A stretch of 64,000 nucleotides of DNA from Amoebidium appalachense (Eukaryota > Protista > Ichthyosporea): positions 434,001 to 498,000 of the forward strand of contig CAVNZM010000010.1 of assembly GCA_963693365.1 (NCBI GenBank), written 5' to 3'. A program made the position numbers and the translations under genes. Below are positions 1-13,067 of this stretch, one piece after another. The notes under the pieces are model-generated. The model had not been told where the DNA came from and made no database searches. It saw only the letters and a program-made list of their open reading frames with translations. Numbering within the stretch: the stretch's first letter is position 1; each line of letters starts with the position of its first letter.

Positions 1-299
1 TGGGTGGGTGGGTGTATATGTGTGTGCACGCATGTGTGTGTGCATGTGGATGTAGAAGGGCAAGTGCAAGAAGTAGAAAAAATTGTTAGCAATGGCTGTA
101 ACCAAAACTATTATTCGATTGTACAAACCATGAGTGCTTAAAAACTTAGTGAAAAAACGACGCCACAGGTGCAAGATAAAAAGGAAAAGCAGTAAGACCT
201 TCTGGGTATCGTTATAGCCAACAGCCAGCAAAAGGCTAGCAAAAAATACACGAAACCCTTCGCAAGAGGAGGCTTTGTGTGTGTGTGAAGCACTTGTGT

Positions 300-336
<37 letters not shown>

Positions 337-483
337 TTTTGTTTCTTTTCCTTTCTTTCTTTCCTTTTTTTTTTTTTTTTTTTTTGGTGGGGGGGGGGGG
401 GGGGGGGGGATAGGGGGGATGGGGAGAGAGGCGAGAGGGGGAGAGGAGGAGGAGGAGGAGGGGGGGGGGGGGGGGGGGGGGGG

Positions 484-1285
484 TTTTGAATGCGTCAAAA
501 AGTACGAAGTACACAAGAACAAACGGATAACACGATGCAGAATGCAAGCCATACATAAAGAGTATGCATAATAAGCAGAGCCCATCCTCAGGGGGGGCCC
601 ACGTCATCCACAGTACCCGAGTTTCGACCTATTCCCCTCGTTAACGAAACCCAACTCAGATACTGTTTCACTTGAACATGAGTAGGTCACCCGTCTTGAT
701 CAGAGACGAGCAGGGTTGCTTATGCAGGCAAGGGCAGTGGGAAAGGCCGGGGGTTAAAGTTGCAGCAGTAAGCAGAAGCAAGAAAAATATAGATAGGAAC
801 TCAGGAGACGGGGCTTCTAGGAAGCTCCCCCGTCGATACCTAAGTCGATACTTCCCTGGCTAACATACTACACCAGCTGAAAAGAATTAAGTCCCGAAGG
901 CCACAGAATTCGTAATCAGAGGGGAAAATATGAGATTTGACCCACGCCGCAGGGTAGTAACACGCTTACTAGGGCGGAACTTTATCGTCTTCGAACGGAA
1001 AGCTATGCCCCCGGATGTCAGCCGGAAATATGGTATCACCCATTGCTTTGGGCTTGAAAAAAGCCAAACCGATAGTCCGAGTTATGTTACGCCGGCGGGT
1101 AACATGCCGCATGGGTTCCAAGGGAGCTGTCGCCAACAGAGCGGTGTGTGCATGCGTGCGCGTAACGCAATGTGTGAAGTGTGTCTATAGCTATGAAAGG
1201 GGGTATGCAGAAGTGGACAGATGAAGTGTGTGGAGAGAAAAACAGTAAGAAGAAAAGTAGACACCGGTATGTGCAACCCCGCACA

Positions 1286-1320
<35 letters not shown>

Positions 1321-1367
1321 AATAAGCGAAGATTACAGGTAATCAACCAGAACAACAAATGACAAGC
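484..1367 (-). mobile_element. Penelope-like element family A, 884-bp 3' portion (3' UTR, ribozyme-like motif, tail), intronic
   Basis: Reverse complement of 32054-32937: same length, and the spurious ORFs in the track are identical. Ends in ATTCAAAA followed by a C-run on the minus strand. Confidence 0.88.
566..725 (-). ncRNA. Hammerhead-like structured RNA motif, family A copy
   Basis: Same sequence as 32696-32855, reverse complemented. Confidence 0.6.
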
Positions 1368-1386
1368 GGGGATATATGAGACATAC

Positions 1387-1522
1387 CGAGAGTCCATCTG
1401 CCTTTGAGTCCTTGAGGTTCTCTGTGGATGCAACCATGTTTGTCTCCCCCACAGTAACATAGTTGTTGATCAGCGACTGCGCATACTCGTCCGTAACACC
1501 CGTCTCCTGTGTGTGCGTGTGT

Positions 1523-1555
<33 letters not shown>

Positions 1556-2078
1556 GGGGGGGGGGGGGAGTAAGTGAATGCCTGAGTGCATGTGGTGGTA
1601 GGCGTGTGAGGGTATGGCTGGGAAGCTCCCTTCCCACACGCAACACATCAGTTACAAGACCGCAGCTCACCAACACACTCGGTTCTTCACCCCCATTCCT
1701 GCTTCAACTCTTTCTACACACATGCATACAACAACCCAAGCCAACATCCATCGAGCTGTGAACACTCCCCCGATCTGCCACCACTGACAGACACACACAA
1801 ACGTACACAAATACACACACACACATACGTACACATTGACACACATGCACACACACACACACACACACACAGCCCATGCACACGCGGGAGTGCTCACACA
1901 CTGGTATACACACACACGTACACACACACACACACGTACACACACACACACACGTACACTCACAAACACACGTACCCCCTGCTCCTCCTGCAGGAACTTC
2001 TTGAATCCAGCCAGGCCCATGCTCTTCTCGGTGGCATACTTGTCAAACAGCTCTCGCACAAATGCACGCTGTGCGCGC

Positions 2079-2109
<31 letters not shown>

Positions 2110-2786
2110 GGGGGGGGGGGGAGGGGGTGTGCGTGTACGTTTGTGTGTGTGTGTGTGTGTGTGTTCGTGTGGGAGTGTGCTTGTGTGTGTTTGAAAGTGT
2201 GTACTCGTGTGCGGGTGTATGTGTACGGTCGTGAAAATTGTTGATGGTGTTGATGGTATTTGGGGAGGGGGGGGAAGAGAGGGGGAGGGAGGGGGAGGGG
2301 GGTCATTTTCTGATGGACTGGAGGCATAGATTCGAAGGCCTTAAAAACATCACGAAACAGCAGAAATATTCAGAACCAAATGGTGATGTAGCCAAAACAT
2401 ACACGGGGATGGAGGGGGGAAGGGGGGGGGGGGGGGGGTAAGGGGTAATGTTAAACGGAAGTAAAGGAAAGTGGGTGGGTGGTGAGAGGAGGGTAATGTT
2501 AAAATGCATACACCCGATATGGGCATGCATATCTCACGCTATCTCTGCATGCATCTTCCCATACACCGACATGCATGCATGCAAACACACACTCACACAC
2601 ACACGCGCGGACACGCACGCACGCACGCACCCGCGCGCGCGCGCGCGCACACACACACACATACACACACACACACACACACACGTACATGCACATGCAC
2701 ACGCACACGCACACACACATGCACCACCATGCGCACACACACGCACACGCACACACACACACACACACGCACACGTACATGCACAC

Positions 2787-2847
<61 letters not shown>

Positions 2848-3393
2848 CGGCACCAGTCTCAGGAACAAATCCTTAAACTCTGCAAAGTCCAACCCGTCAC
2901 TTGCCACCTGCCCCTGATTCCCCACGTTGCTTGCAGATGCCTCCTAGACCCCCAAAGAATATGATGTTAGTCTCAAGGAGAAAGAGGGAGGGGGAGGGGC
3001 GGGGGGGGGGGGGGGGGGGGGGGGGGGATGCCGAACACGGAACGAAGTACAATCACATAAACGCATGAACCTGAGTGTGTGACGACCATGTCATAACACA
3101 CACACAAAAAAAGGGGGAGGTGGAAGGGGGGGGGGTTGGGAGAGGGGGGGAGGGAGGTTTTGCCGGGAGGAGGAGGAGGGGGGGGGGGGGCTCGCTCGTC
3201 CTTTGCTGACTTTGAGACTGTGTGGTTTGCTTGTTCAAATGTTATATTACACACACCCGCTCGCCCGCCCGCCCACGCCAGAGCCCGCGCGCGCACACAC
3301 ACACACATAATAGGGGAGGTGTATTTACGTTGATTCTCTTTTTAAGCTCGTCCTTGCTAACCGTGTGGTTTGCATACCCTACAATATACATGG

Positions 3394-3471
<78 letters not shown>

Positions 3472-3709
3472 TGTATGTACACATACATACAAATGGGATG
3501 TAAGGAATGTACTTACATTAAATCTCTTCTTGAGCTCGTCCTTGCTGACGGTGTGGTTTGCATACTCCAGCAGCTTGGCCAGTTCGTCCACGTTCAGATT
3601 GCCATCAAAGTTGACGTCAAACTTGGTCCACAGATGCTTCATCCAGCTGGGAAAGAAAGGGTTAAACATAGGCAGAATTAGCAGGGAGGATGTGTGGACA
3701 TGTGTGTGT

Positions 3710-3743
<34 letters not shown>

Positions 3744-4214
3744 GGCAAGGATGGGTGGAGGAGGGGGGGGGGGGGGGGGGGGAGGGGTGATGGGAGGGGA
3801 AGGGGGAGAAAAGGGAGAGAGGAGAGAGCAGGGAGGAGGAGGGATCAGGGTGGGAGAAGGGGGGGGGGGGGGGGGGCTTAAAAAGCACCACTTTCTTATG
3901 CTCTTTTGTGGTATTTCCTTAAAAAAACGGTGGGGAGGGAGGGAGGGACGGGAGGGGAGGGGGAGGGGGGTGGGGAGGGGGGGCAGGGGATGATGTATGC
4001 GTTAGAGGGTTGGAAATATGGAGGAGACAACAAAGAGCAAAGGGGGGGGGGGGAGCATTCGTATACCTATACAAAGAGAAACAGGAAAACAGGTAAACCG
4101 AACAGGGGAAGAACGGGCGGTGGGCGGGCTGGCGGGCATTCACGACATATAACACAGCGCAGCTCTCCAATAAAGATAACATAAGATACCACATGAAAAG
4201 TATGCATCATAAGT

Positions 4215-4256
<42 letters not shown>

Positions 4257-4373
4257 CTTGAATGTGTTACAGAGGACAAGGTCCACACTCATGAAGGATA
4301 CACAAAGAATATGCATCACAGACAGAGCCCAGCATCCGGGGAGGGGAGGAGGAGGGGGAGGGAAGAGGGCGGG

Positions 4374-4416
<43 letters not shown>

Positions 4417-4743
4417 GTACATCTCCTGTGCATTGAGTGTGCGTGCCAGCTTGAACTCGGGGGAGGTGAGGGCCTCTGCTGCCAACTTGACCGTATGCAC
4501 GTCATCAAGGTTCTTCATGGTGAGCTTGGTCTGTTTCCAGCCATGCCCGTGTACGATCATCACCCACCTGTATGTGTGTGTGAACGTGTGTGTGTGCGCG
4601 TGTGTGGGTGTGTGTGTGTGTGCGGAGGGAGGGAGGGAGGGAGGGGGAGGGGAAGGGAGGGAGGGGGGGGGGGGGGGGGAGTGGGTGGGTGGGTGGGTGG
4701 GTGGGTGGGTGGGTGGGTGTGAGTGCACATGTGTTTTTTGTTT

Positions 4744-4818
<75 letters not shown>

Positions 4819-6092
4819 CGCGCGTGCGCGCTTGAGTGTGTATATTGCGTACAGGTTTGTACGCGTCAGGGGCAACAGTTCAAAGTCCGGGGATCATATG
4901 CTTGCATGATGCAAGCACGGATTTCATTTATGGGAACAACGAGTACAATAGCCACCCGCTGTGTCTGTCGTTTACTATTTGACTGGTTAAATTGGTAGTC
5001 TGTGAAGCGTGTGACATCATTTCAGATGTAATGATTCCAGTTTGCCTATTCTTTGCCTATGTGTTTGTGTGTACCTGGTTGTGTGTGTGCGTGGGTTGGT
5101 GGGTGTGTGGGGGGGCGTGCATGCGTGCATGTGTGCATGTGCATGTGTGTGTGTGTGTGTGCACGTGCGTGCGTGCGTGATTGGGATGTGTTTGTAAATG
5201 TCTTTGAGTGAGTGAGCGAGCGTGAGCGTGTGTGTGTGTGTGTGTGTGTGCGTGTGCGTGTGCGTGCGTGTGTCCATGTGGGTTTGTGTATGGTAACCTC
5301 TAGAGGACCGGCCTAATTGATTCTACCGGGTCCCGGTTGGGACCTAAACAACTCTATTGCAGCTCAAAATCGATAGAAAAAGCTCAAATAAATTGCATAT
5401 GCCGACAGGTATAACAGGTATATGTCTTGCCTACAAACTTTACTAAGATGGTTTGCAGAAAATATCACTATTTCGTATACTTTTATATCTGTTTCTGAAG
5501 TGACTTTCGAGATTTTGAGAGAATCTTGGAGTTGCAATCGAATGTCGACTGAGCCGGCCAATCATGTTTTGCTATTTTGAGCCATTTTCACAATGGTCCA
5601 ATCAGAAGATTGCATTGACAGCATTTCGATGTCGTCAATGAACTCGTCAAGCCGGCAAACAACCCTTGTAGTCACACCATATACAAGGTATCGTTATTAG
5701 AGTAAAGTTCAAAAAAAAAAATAGCATAAAACGAAGGGTAAGTGTATTTTCTAATCTCGTGCAACTTTTATTTGGCTAGTTCCTATCAACTTCATGCTCA
5801 CATTAGGGCACAAACTTGGTCGTCTCCATACTGGTGACCTCGATCTCGATCTCGTGAAATTTATGGCCCTCAAGAGGCTAATGTGTGCACATGTGTGCAT
5901 GAGTGTGTGTTTGCATGTGTGCCTGTGTGCCTGTATGCGTGCATGTGTGTGTGTGTGTGACAAACCTGTCCCGATCAGGGTATGTGCGGAAGTTGAGGGT
6001 CTTAACCTCCTCTTCCTTGCGATCCCGAATAAGGTCCCCAAGGCGCACCTCCCACATGTTGGTCACAAGCACTGTTTTTTTTTTTTTTTTTT

Positions 6093-6131
<39 letters not shown>

Positions 6132-6181
6132 AGGAGGGGGGGAGGGGTGGGAGAGGGGCGTTTGGGGGTTTTGGGGGGGAA

Positions 6182-6220
<39 letters not shown>

Positions 6221-7254
6221 TGTATGTATTAGAACTGGCAAAAGCTGACGTCTAGCGAACATACCATTTCCCAAATAGGGAACTATACAGTCGGCCAAAT
6301 CACATAGACTATACCACCCATATTAGGTAAACGCATTAAAGAACCTAGTTCTGTGGATCTTGTGTACTTACTATGCCATATTAGGTAAATGTGTTAAAGA
6401 ACCACCTTCTTCTGTGGATCTTGGTGTTCCTGCTATACCATGTAAAGTAAATGTGTTAAACAACCACCTACTTCTGTGGATCTTGGTGTTTCTGCTATAC
6501 CATGTAAGGTAAATGAGTTTTAGATCCACCTAATTCTTCTGATCTTGGTGTTGTTTTCGTTGCTCTGTAGCTCTATGACGGCAGATCGCAAACTATGCAA
6601 TCGACCAATCCCATCGAAATTACCATAATAGGTAAATACGTTGAGCAAACACCTATTTTGGTGCTCTTACTATGCAGTATTAGGTGAATGCATTTCAGAC
6701 AGTCATTTCAGAAACACAAAAACAGATACAGAGGCACACGAAATAATGATTTTTTCCCCAAACCAATTAGAATGTATGTAGGTAAGACATATGTGTGTCG
6801 ATATTTACGATTTATTTGAGCTTTTTCTATCCATTCTGGAGCCGCAATAGAGTTGTTTAACGCTGTTTAGTGCTGGCCGGCTGCCAGCCACATCAATTAG
6901 TGCCGGCCCGAGGAGGTTAAAGGAACACCTACTTCTGTGGATCTTCGTGTTCTTCTCGTTGCTCTGTAGCTCTATGACGGCGTGGTCCGAGCTGAGCCTT
7001 AAAGTCTTCTCCTTTTCGTCTTCGATCACCGGCAGACCAAAAACAAGCGCACGAAGAGCCTCCTCCCCTGTGGGGCAAAAAAAAAAAAAAAAAATGCAGT
7101 TAGCATTAATGTGGGCATTTGTCTAGGATTCATCTACATAACATTTACGACTTTTATGACGATCGCAACGTTATTATAAATGAATTTAGCACCATATATA
7201 ACATGCCAGTCATATAGCCTCACGAGGATGGGGTGTGGCACCGATTATGGAGAG

Positions 7255-7285
<31 letters not shown>

Positions 7286-7470
7286 ACGGGGGGGAAGGGC
7301 GGGAGGGGGGGGAGGGGGGGGGAGGGGGGGGGGAGCAGAGAGGGGGGGGGGGGATTACGGGAAGCGGGAAAAGCGCGGGGGGGGGGGGGGGGGGGGGGGG
7401 GGGTTCTCTACAGAAAACGAAGTACACATGCATGACGGTCAACACAACAAACCATTGCAAAACACCCACA

Positions 7471-7503
<33 letters not shown>

Positions 7504-7598
7504 AGAATGGATGGATCAAAAACCTAATTGGCAACGGCAGGGGGTCGCAAGGACGTTCAAGAACACCGTCAAGGATGCACCCAAATGCAGAGACTTAT

Positions 7599-7656
<58 letters not shown>

Positions 7657-8051
7657 TTAGAGGGTTGAAATTATGAAGGAATTATGTAGACATCAAAGGG
7701 CAGAACACAGTATGTATAATACAAGAACCAGAAAAAACAAAAAGAAATGGAAGGAAAAAAGTGCAGGCAGAAGACACCCGAAAAGAACCCATCACCAGGG
7801 ATGCTCTTTTGCCTCCACAAATAATGGGTTTCAGCTCTTTAACCGCACGCGCGTGATCGCTTTTTTTATTCCCAACCCATCCTGTATTTAAGTCGCAGGT
7901 AGGAGAGACTTAACCGGGGGAGAATGGGTACATGATGTTAAGGGGAGGGGGCCCGGGGGGGAAGGAGGGAGATAAACCGAGGAGGAATAGGAACAGGGGG
8001 ACGTTGAGGGGCAGGGCGGGGGGGGGGGGGGGGGGGGGGGGTTGAGGGGCA

Positions 8052-8098
<47 letters not shown>

Positions 8099-9235
8099 AC
8101 TTGTGTTTGGTTTGCCATGGGGTCTTAAAGTGAACGTGTAGCGAACCCTAAGGTTGCCCCCGGGACTCATGGTCAGGTTCAGCTCTGTGCGGGGTTAAAT
8201 TAAATGGGTGCGGGGTTAATATATTACATTGGTGCGGGGTTAGGAGATCAGACCTGTGCGGGGTTCAGAGATGAAATTTGGTGTGTTGGTGTGTTGGCAG
8301 ATGGGAAGTTGCGGGTGGAGGGGGAGAAAGAGACGGAGGGGGGGGGGGGGGGGGGGGGAGGGGGGGAGGGGGAGGGGAGGGAGGGGGGGGAAGGGGGGAA
8401 GGGGGGGCAGGGGGGGGGGGGGGGAGGGGGGTGAGAATCTTTGTAAAGGGCAGGAACTTAAAAAGAGCGAGAGGCAGGGGAGGGGGAGGGGGGGGGGGGG
8501 GGTTTAGGATACGACGGACAAGACAATGCAAATTCTGCAAAGCACTTTTGAAGAATATACATAATAAGTAGAGCCCAGCCTCCCGGGCGGCCGGGGGGGG
8601 GGGGGGGGGGGGGGGGGGTAGGGGGGTCAGCATGCATTTCTGAAGCAATGTGCCTTCTCAATACCTAGTTCCCTCTATTCCCTATCTATTTTGACTCTTA
8701 CCTCTACTCACTTCTCCAAATCTACTCTTCCATCTATTCACTTACGTAAATTCATTAACACACAGACACCATGCAATATGAAATAAACCCGGGACCCTCC
8801 TCCCCTACCCTCAACCCCACCTCTCTCCCCCTCCCCCTCCAAACCTCTGTCTCCCTCCACCCCCCCCCCCCTCCCCCCCGGCCTTTTCCCCTCCTTCCTC
8901 ACCCACGCCTAGTCTAAAAACAGACAACCTTCCTTTTCTCCACTTCGTTCTCTCTCTCCTACCCATCTACCCCCCTCCCCCTCCCTCCCCCCCCCCCCCC
9001 TCCCCCCAGGCACCCACATACACACCCTCCCCCTTTGCAATCACCTCCTACATGAAAATACAAAGATAATTAACGCAACCAACCTACAATAACATTCGAT
9101 GATACTTCACAATTCACCGATATATACAACCGGCTACCACATCCATCGGACATCAAATCAGCACATACAAGCAAAAGCCTAATACCCCTTCTCCCCCACT
9201 CAACCATACCGCAACCCCCCAACTCCTTCCACCCT

Positions 9236-9266
<31 letters not shown>

Positions 9267-9761
9267 CCCTCCCCACCTTCCTCTCCCCCTTCCCCCCAAA
9301 AAAAAGAAGGGGAAAAAAAAGATAGAAAAGAAAACGTCTGTACCCCCCCCCCCCACCCACCCACCCCACCCCCTCCACCTTCCCTCATCCCCTTTCCCTG
9401 AGCACCCCCACCGGTAAACTTTCTTATCAGTGCCTTCTACAATCACATTCATCCCCAGCTTTCTTCTGCAATTTGAGAATCTTACGTTTATAAATCCAGC
9501 CATGTTCACACTCCTTTGCCTCCTCCCTCTCCTCCCTCCCGCAACCTTAAATTAATCCCCTACCTACCCCCTAGAAAAAAAATATCATCCAATCCCCCTC
9601 CCTTCCCTTCCCCTCCCACCCCCCCCCCCCCCCCCCAAACACAATTACAACCCCCCTCCCCCCCTCCCCAGCGCCCGCCCGCCCCAAATTTAAACTAAAT
9701 CCCCTCCCCCTCCCCCCTCTCCCCACCTCCTCTCCCTCTCCCCCCCCCACCCCCCCAACCA

Positions 9762-9802
<41 letters not shown>

Positions 9803-9946
9803 CACACGTACCCTTGGGGTGGGCCGTCTCTGTGAGTGCCGGCAGCAGGGCCCTTCCAATTTCCTTCTTTCGGAACAGGCCCTTGCTCTGCACAATCACC
9901 TGCACCTCCTTGGTGTTCTCAAGCTGGTTTTTTTTTTGGGCGGGAA

Positions 9947-9984
<38 letters not shown>

Positions 9985-10716
9985 GATTAGAAGAATGAAG
10001 GACGGAGTGGGGGGGGGGAGGGGGGAGGAGGGGAGGAGGATTAGAACCCAGATCACCACAAACAAATATTGCTACCCACAGACGCTACCAGAATAAGCAG
10101 TCTAGAGAAGCTTGGACAAATGGAGTTTCGCCAACTAAACAAGTTGAATGAACCTGAACTGGATATAACATAGTACGTGTGGCTTGCAGCCCGTCCAGCA
10201 ACGTCAAGAGGCGGGCTGGGGGGGGGGGGGGGGGGGGGGGGTAATCGGACTAGTGTCTCCATTTGGTTTGAGTGAAAAGGGGAGGGGCAATTCATGGAAG
10301 TATAAGTGGGTGAACCATGTGACGTAATCCTAGGATTTTGGAAAAGCGGGGCGGGCGTGGTTGGTTGAGGGGTCAGAGGGTGTGGGAGGGGGGTGTGGGC
10401 ACACACACACACTCTCTCTCTCTCGCACGCGCGCACTCACCCACATACACGCAACCAGGCACGCACACACGCACGTACCCACGCAGGCACGCACACACGC
10501 ACGCACCGTGTCACAGGCACACACACGCACAGGCACTCAAACACGCACACGCACCAGCAGGTTCATTCTCAGGTTCCACACGGGATGCTGAGAGTTCTCA
10601 CGCACGTGAGACAGCCCCCTCTTCTTCCCGTCCACATACACCTGCGCGAAGGTATCCTTCGGCTTGGTGAGGTGAGCATCCACAATGTGGAGCTCCAAAA
10701 GCCCGTTTAAGGCCAT
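1387..10716 (-). CDS. Phosphoinositide phospholipase C-like protein, N-terminal ~395 aa (C2 - PH - EF-hands); 10 exons, remaining 3' exons not resolved in window
   Basis: Exons 10716-10555, 9923-9812, 8184-8101, 7067-6933, 6071-5966, 4567-4421, 3646-3517, 2943-2848, 2068-1976, 1506-1387 all have GT-AG borders and compatible phases. Translation gives a C2-like start ([29 protein letters not shown]), a PH-like segment (MWEVRLG), a canonical EF-hand ([14 protein letters not shown]) and PLC-type EF3/4 ([33 protein letters not shown]). Catalytic X/Y boxes are not seen. Confidence 0.72.
6308..6690 (-). repeat. Degenerate ~60-bp tandem repeat derived from the 3' end and donor site of PLC-like exon 4
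   Basis: Repeated plus-strand core CACCTACTTCTGTGGATCTTGGTGTT matches the exon/intron junction at 6926-6952. The unit at ~6525-6582 matches the exon out to 6981. Confidence 0.75.
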
Positions 10717-11625
10717 GGTGGGAGAAAAAAAAAGAGTTATTATCCTAAATAAACGTAAAATGACCCTATGATTAGGAAAAGACGGGGATCCGGGTGATGT
10801 TTCTCCTACAGTCAGTATCTATTGTTGAAGAACGAAAAACCGTGAAGGGTGGGTCGTCACGCCAACGGTTCGAAGGTGGGGGAAGATCTGTGCACCTCCA
10901 AAAAAAAAATTTAAAAAAAAAGGTCTTCCAGACATCTCTATAACACGGTACATTATATTTTTGGAAAAGCGTAAACTACAAACAAGACCCCTATTTCAGA
11001 CATATAAAATTCTGATACACCCCAATTATAGATAACAGCTGTAAATTGATTGAATTTGTGATTCTTCCGGTGGCTCACTGCAAAGAATCTCCCAACACTC
11101 ATAACGTTTGCGACTTTCCAATTTCGAGAACACAAAAAGCTTTTGTAAAGCTATAGAAGTGCGCTTTGCTCTAATACTGTGAGCTTCAATTGCTGTATTC
11201 ATTTTTTTTCATTCATGTTTTTTTTGTTCGTGATTGCTACATAAATTCGCATTAAGGTCGCAAGCTTCATAATAACAGACAACAGAGGGGGGATGTCACC
11301 AAAAAAGAGTTTGAGTGGTCAACGCTAAGAAGGTTTAAGCCAATCAAATGCGGCGATAGGGCCGTAAAAACGGGGGCCGGGCAGCCGGCCGAGAGGGATG
11401 GAGAGGGACGGAGCTGAGGGAGAGAAACGCGGAGAGGAAGTGAGGGAGGGAGCCTCGGAGGGAGGGAGCGAGGAAGGGGGAGCGAGAGAGATAGAGAGAG
11501 AGATATAGAGAGAGAGAGAGCACCGTCTTTAGCCTTCATAACTGACTGATAAACTGGGAGTTCTGGCATAACGCGCAAGGCTGCTACGATGGTCGGTGTT
11601 TGGTGCGAGTTGGAATCGTTGAGGG

Positions 11626-11661
<36 letters not shown>

Positions 11662-11966
11662 TGGATGCAGGGAGAGAGTGAGGGAAGGAGCGAGAGGCAC
11701 GGGAGGGGGTGGAGGGGGGGCTGAGGGGAAGCGGAGAGTGGGGGGGGGGGGGAGGGGGGGGAAGGGGGGGAGGGGGGGGGGGGAGGGAGGGAGAGAGCTG
11801 AGAGTCCTTCCCTCGCTTCTTCGCGGAGCTGGGGAGGAGAGGGTGACAGGGAGGGTGAGAGCAGAGAGATTGTGTAAGAGAGGGATAGAGGGAGAGAAGG
11901 GGGGGAGGGGGGAGGGGGAGGGAGAGAGAGAGAGAGAAGAGAGGGAGAGGGAGAGGGAGAGGGGGG

Positions 11967-12129
<163 letters not shown>

Positions 12130-12561
12130 AGAGAGAGAGAGATTTTGTACAGGCAAAGAGATAGAGATAGCTCTTGAGAGTGGGGGGTAGGGAGGAAGGG
12201 AGTGAATGGAGACTGAGGAAGAGAAGGGTAGCCTCGGAGAGGTAGGAGGGGGGAAGGGATCGAGGGAGGGGGAGGAGGGGCGGAGGAAGTGATAGACGGA
12301 GGAAGGGAGGGCGAGAGAGATGGCAAGAGCCAGTCTTTGTGTCACATCTTTGTTCGGTAGCACCGTCTTACAACCTCTTGGACAGGATGGTTCACTGGGA
12401 ACTCGGGCATGTTGCGTATACTTAAGCCTGCTAAGCTGGTCGTTGTGTGGTGGGTTGCGTTGAAATAGTGGATTTGTGTATCCAAGTGTTTTGGTACGGC
12501 AATGTTCCTTGTTTTCCGAAACGCGGGTGCTTGAGTTCTCAAGACCATGCTGAATTTGAGC

Positions 12562-12615
<54 letters not shown>

Positions 12616-13067
12616 AAAATGCTATGTAGTGGACCATTCAGGTGGCTTGTTGCTTGAGTACTTCATCTCGAATATCTAGCCTAAAGAAAAAACGAATTGA
12701 GCCCCCATGATCGACCTCCTCTGGAGAGACAAGAACCCCCAACATTTTTAGTTTATCTTGCTGTTATCTCAAATGCGCGCGTTCGAGAGCAACCCAGGCA
12801 GGGCTTGGCCCATCTCATACAGACCCAGACAGAGGCTGTGCACGACGTTTGTACAAGCACGTAACTTCCATGTCATCTTTTTTTCTTGTGGGCAGTACAG
12901 TAGTACATTCAGAAGAGCATTTTATTCTGTTTATATGTGTATTGTAAGCACTTAGTTTGAGCTCGTACTTCGTTCGGTTTTTTCAACCAAAACATCACAC
13001 TTATTAACCTGAAACCTCTCGGGGAGTCTTACTCTTCCAACACCTACGACATTAGTTTTACTTGAAG

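Noticed and set aside
196-272. Possible next PLC-like exon (PPLAKGFVYFLL.. or ..LLAVGYNDTQK)
   Set aside because: No frame gives a convincing PLC continuation with a good acceptor and donor.
672-1224. Repeated small ORFs (MNMSRSP.., MRFDPRR..), also at 32197-32749 and 39402-39926
   Set aside because: They are antisense to the retroelement 3' UTR, have no recognisable domain, and their frames shift between copies.
1667-1785. Apparent terminal exon [11 protein letters not shown]
   Set aside because: Exon 1506-1387 gives the expected EF-hand continuation instead.
6308-6690. CRISPR-like periodicity
   Set aside because: The spacers are similar to each other, the repeat derives from a host exon, the context is eukaryotic and there are no cas genes.
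8650-9515. Possible decayed RT fragments in PLC-like intron 2
   Set aside because: Only vague motif resemblance (TFDDTSQF..); not supportable by eye.
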